A DNA stretch of 64,000 nt from Histomonas meleagridis 2922-C6/04-290x (Eukaryota > Protista > Parabasalia). How positions within the stretch are numbered: position 1 is the stretch's first letter; every line of letters starts with the position of its first letter. The DNA lies in the NCBI GenBank assembly GCA_020184695.1, contig JAANOX010000238.1, positions 310,001 through 374,000 on the forward strand. The letters run 5' to 3'. The notes under the pieces are model-generated. The model saw only the letters and a program-made list of their open reading frames with translations, made no database searches and was not told the DNA's origin. The position numbers were made by a program, and so were the translations under genes. Shown piece by piece: positions 63,582 through 64,000 of this stretch.

Positions 63582-64000
63582 TAATATGAATCAATGTCTT
63601 AAACACCAAATCAATAAATTCTTAAGTAAGTAGGTAAAATCAATTTTTTTTTTCTTTTAAATCAGATATTATCCTTTTGAGTTACATATTAAAATTCCTT
63701 GTCTTAATCAATTTTTGAATATTCAAAGATGAAGAAAAAATTTCCTTGTTTAAAGAAAAAATGCCCAATTGCTTGTGTTGAAAATCAGTTTGACAATAGG
63801 GCGCCCCAAATGGTTACAAAAAACAATAAAACAATGAAACCATCCAACATAGCTAAGAATCATTCTTAACAAGAATCGCTGAAGTACAATAGTACCAGCA
63901 GTTGTTTGTAAAAATTTTTAAGTTTGTAGTGATGTTTTTTACAATGTCAGTAAAGTGAATTTTATAATTTTTAGTTATATATAAATATATTACACAAATA

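Overview
AT-rich, gene-dense, essentially intronless eukaryotic DNA. The gene content points to a parabasalid (trichomonad/tritrichomonad) genome: TCAYT initiators, three R2R3 Mybs, BspA-type LRRs, DUF3447-ankyrin genes and a mariner element. This assignment is an inference. Recognisable housekeeping genes are XPB helicase, an E2 Ubc, Derlin, TKL and CK1 kinases, a BEACH protein, a WDR62/MAPKBP1-like WD40 protein, RPS14, Sir2, an importin-beta-family protein, CHMP1/Did2 and CAP/Srv2, plus tRNA-Asp(GTC). A decayed mariner sits inside a subtilase relic. The standout observation is in the ankyrin arrays (40.8-42.0 kb +, 27.7-28.5 kb -, fragments at 7.1-7.5 kb and 27.3-27.6 kb). Every ankyrin module is separated from the next by a frame-breaking AT-rich insert at the same point of the beta-hairpin. 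The insert is 68 nt in 12 copies, 48 nt in one and 28 nt in one. It has no conserved GT-AG ends, carries a TGGAA motif (TGG in 14 of 16 junctions examined) exactly 24 nt before each module, and can fold as a hairpin. The ankyrin modules themselves stay stop-free and vary mainly at the binding surface. This suggests a non-canonical intron, bypass or DNA-excision system acting on a modular binding-protein repertoire. No searches or computations were run; family calls come from motifs read by eye.
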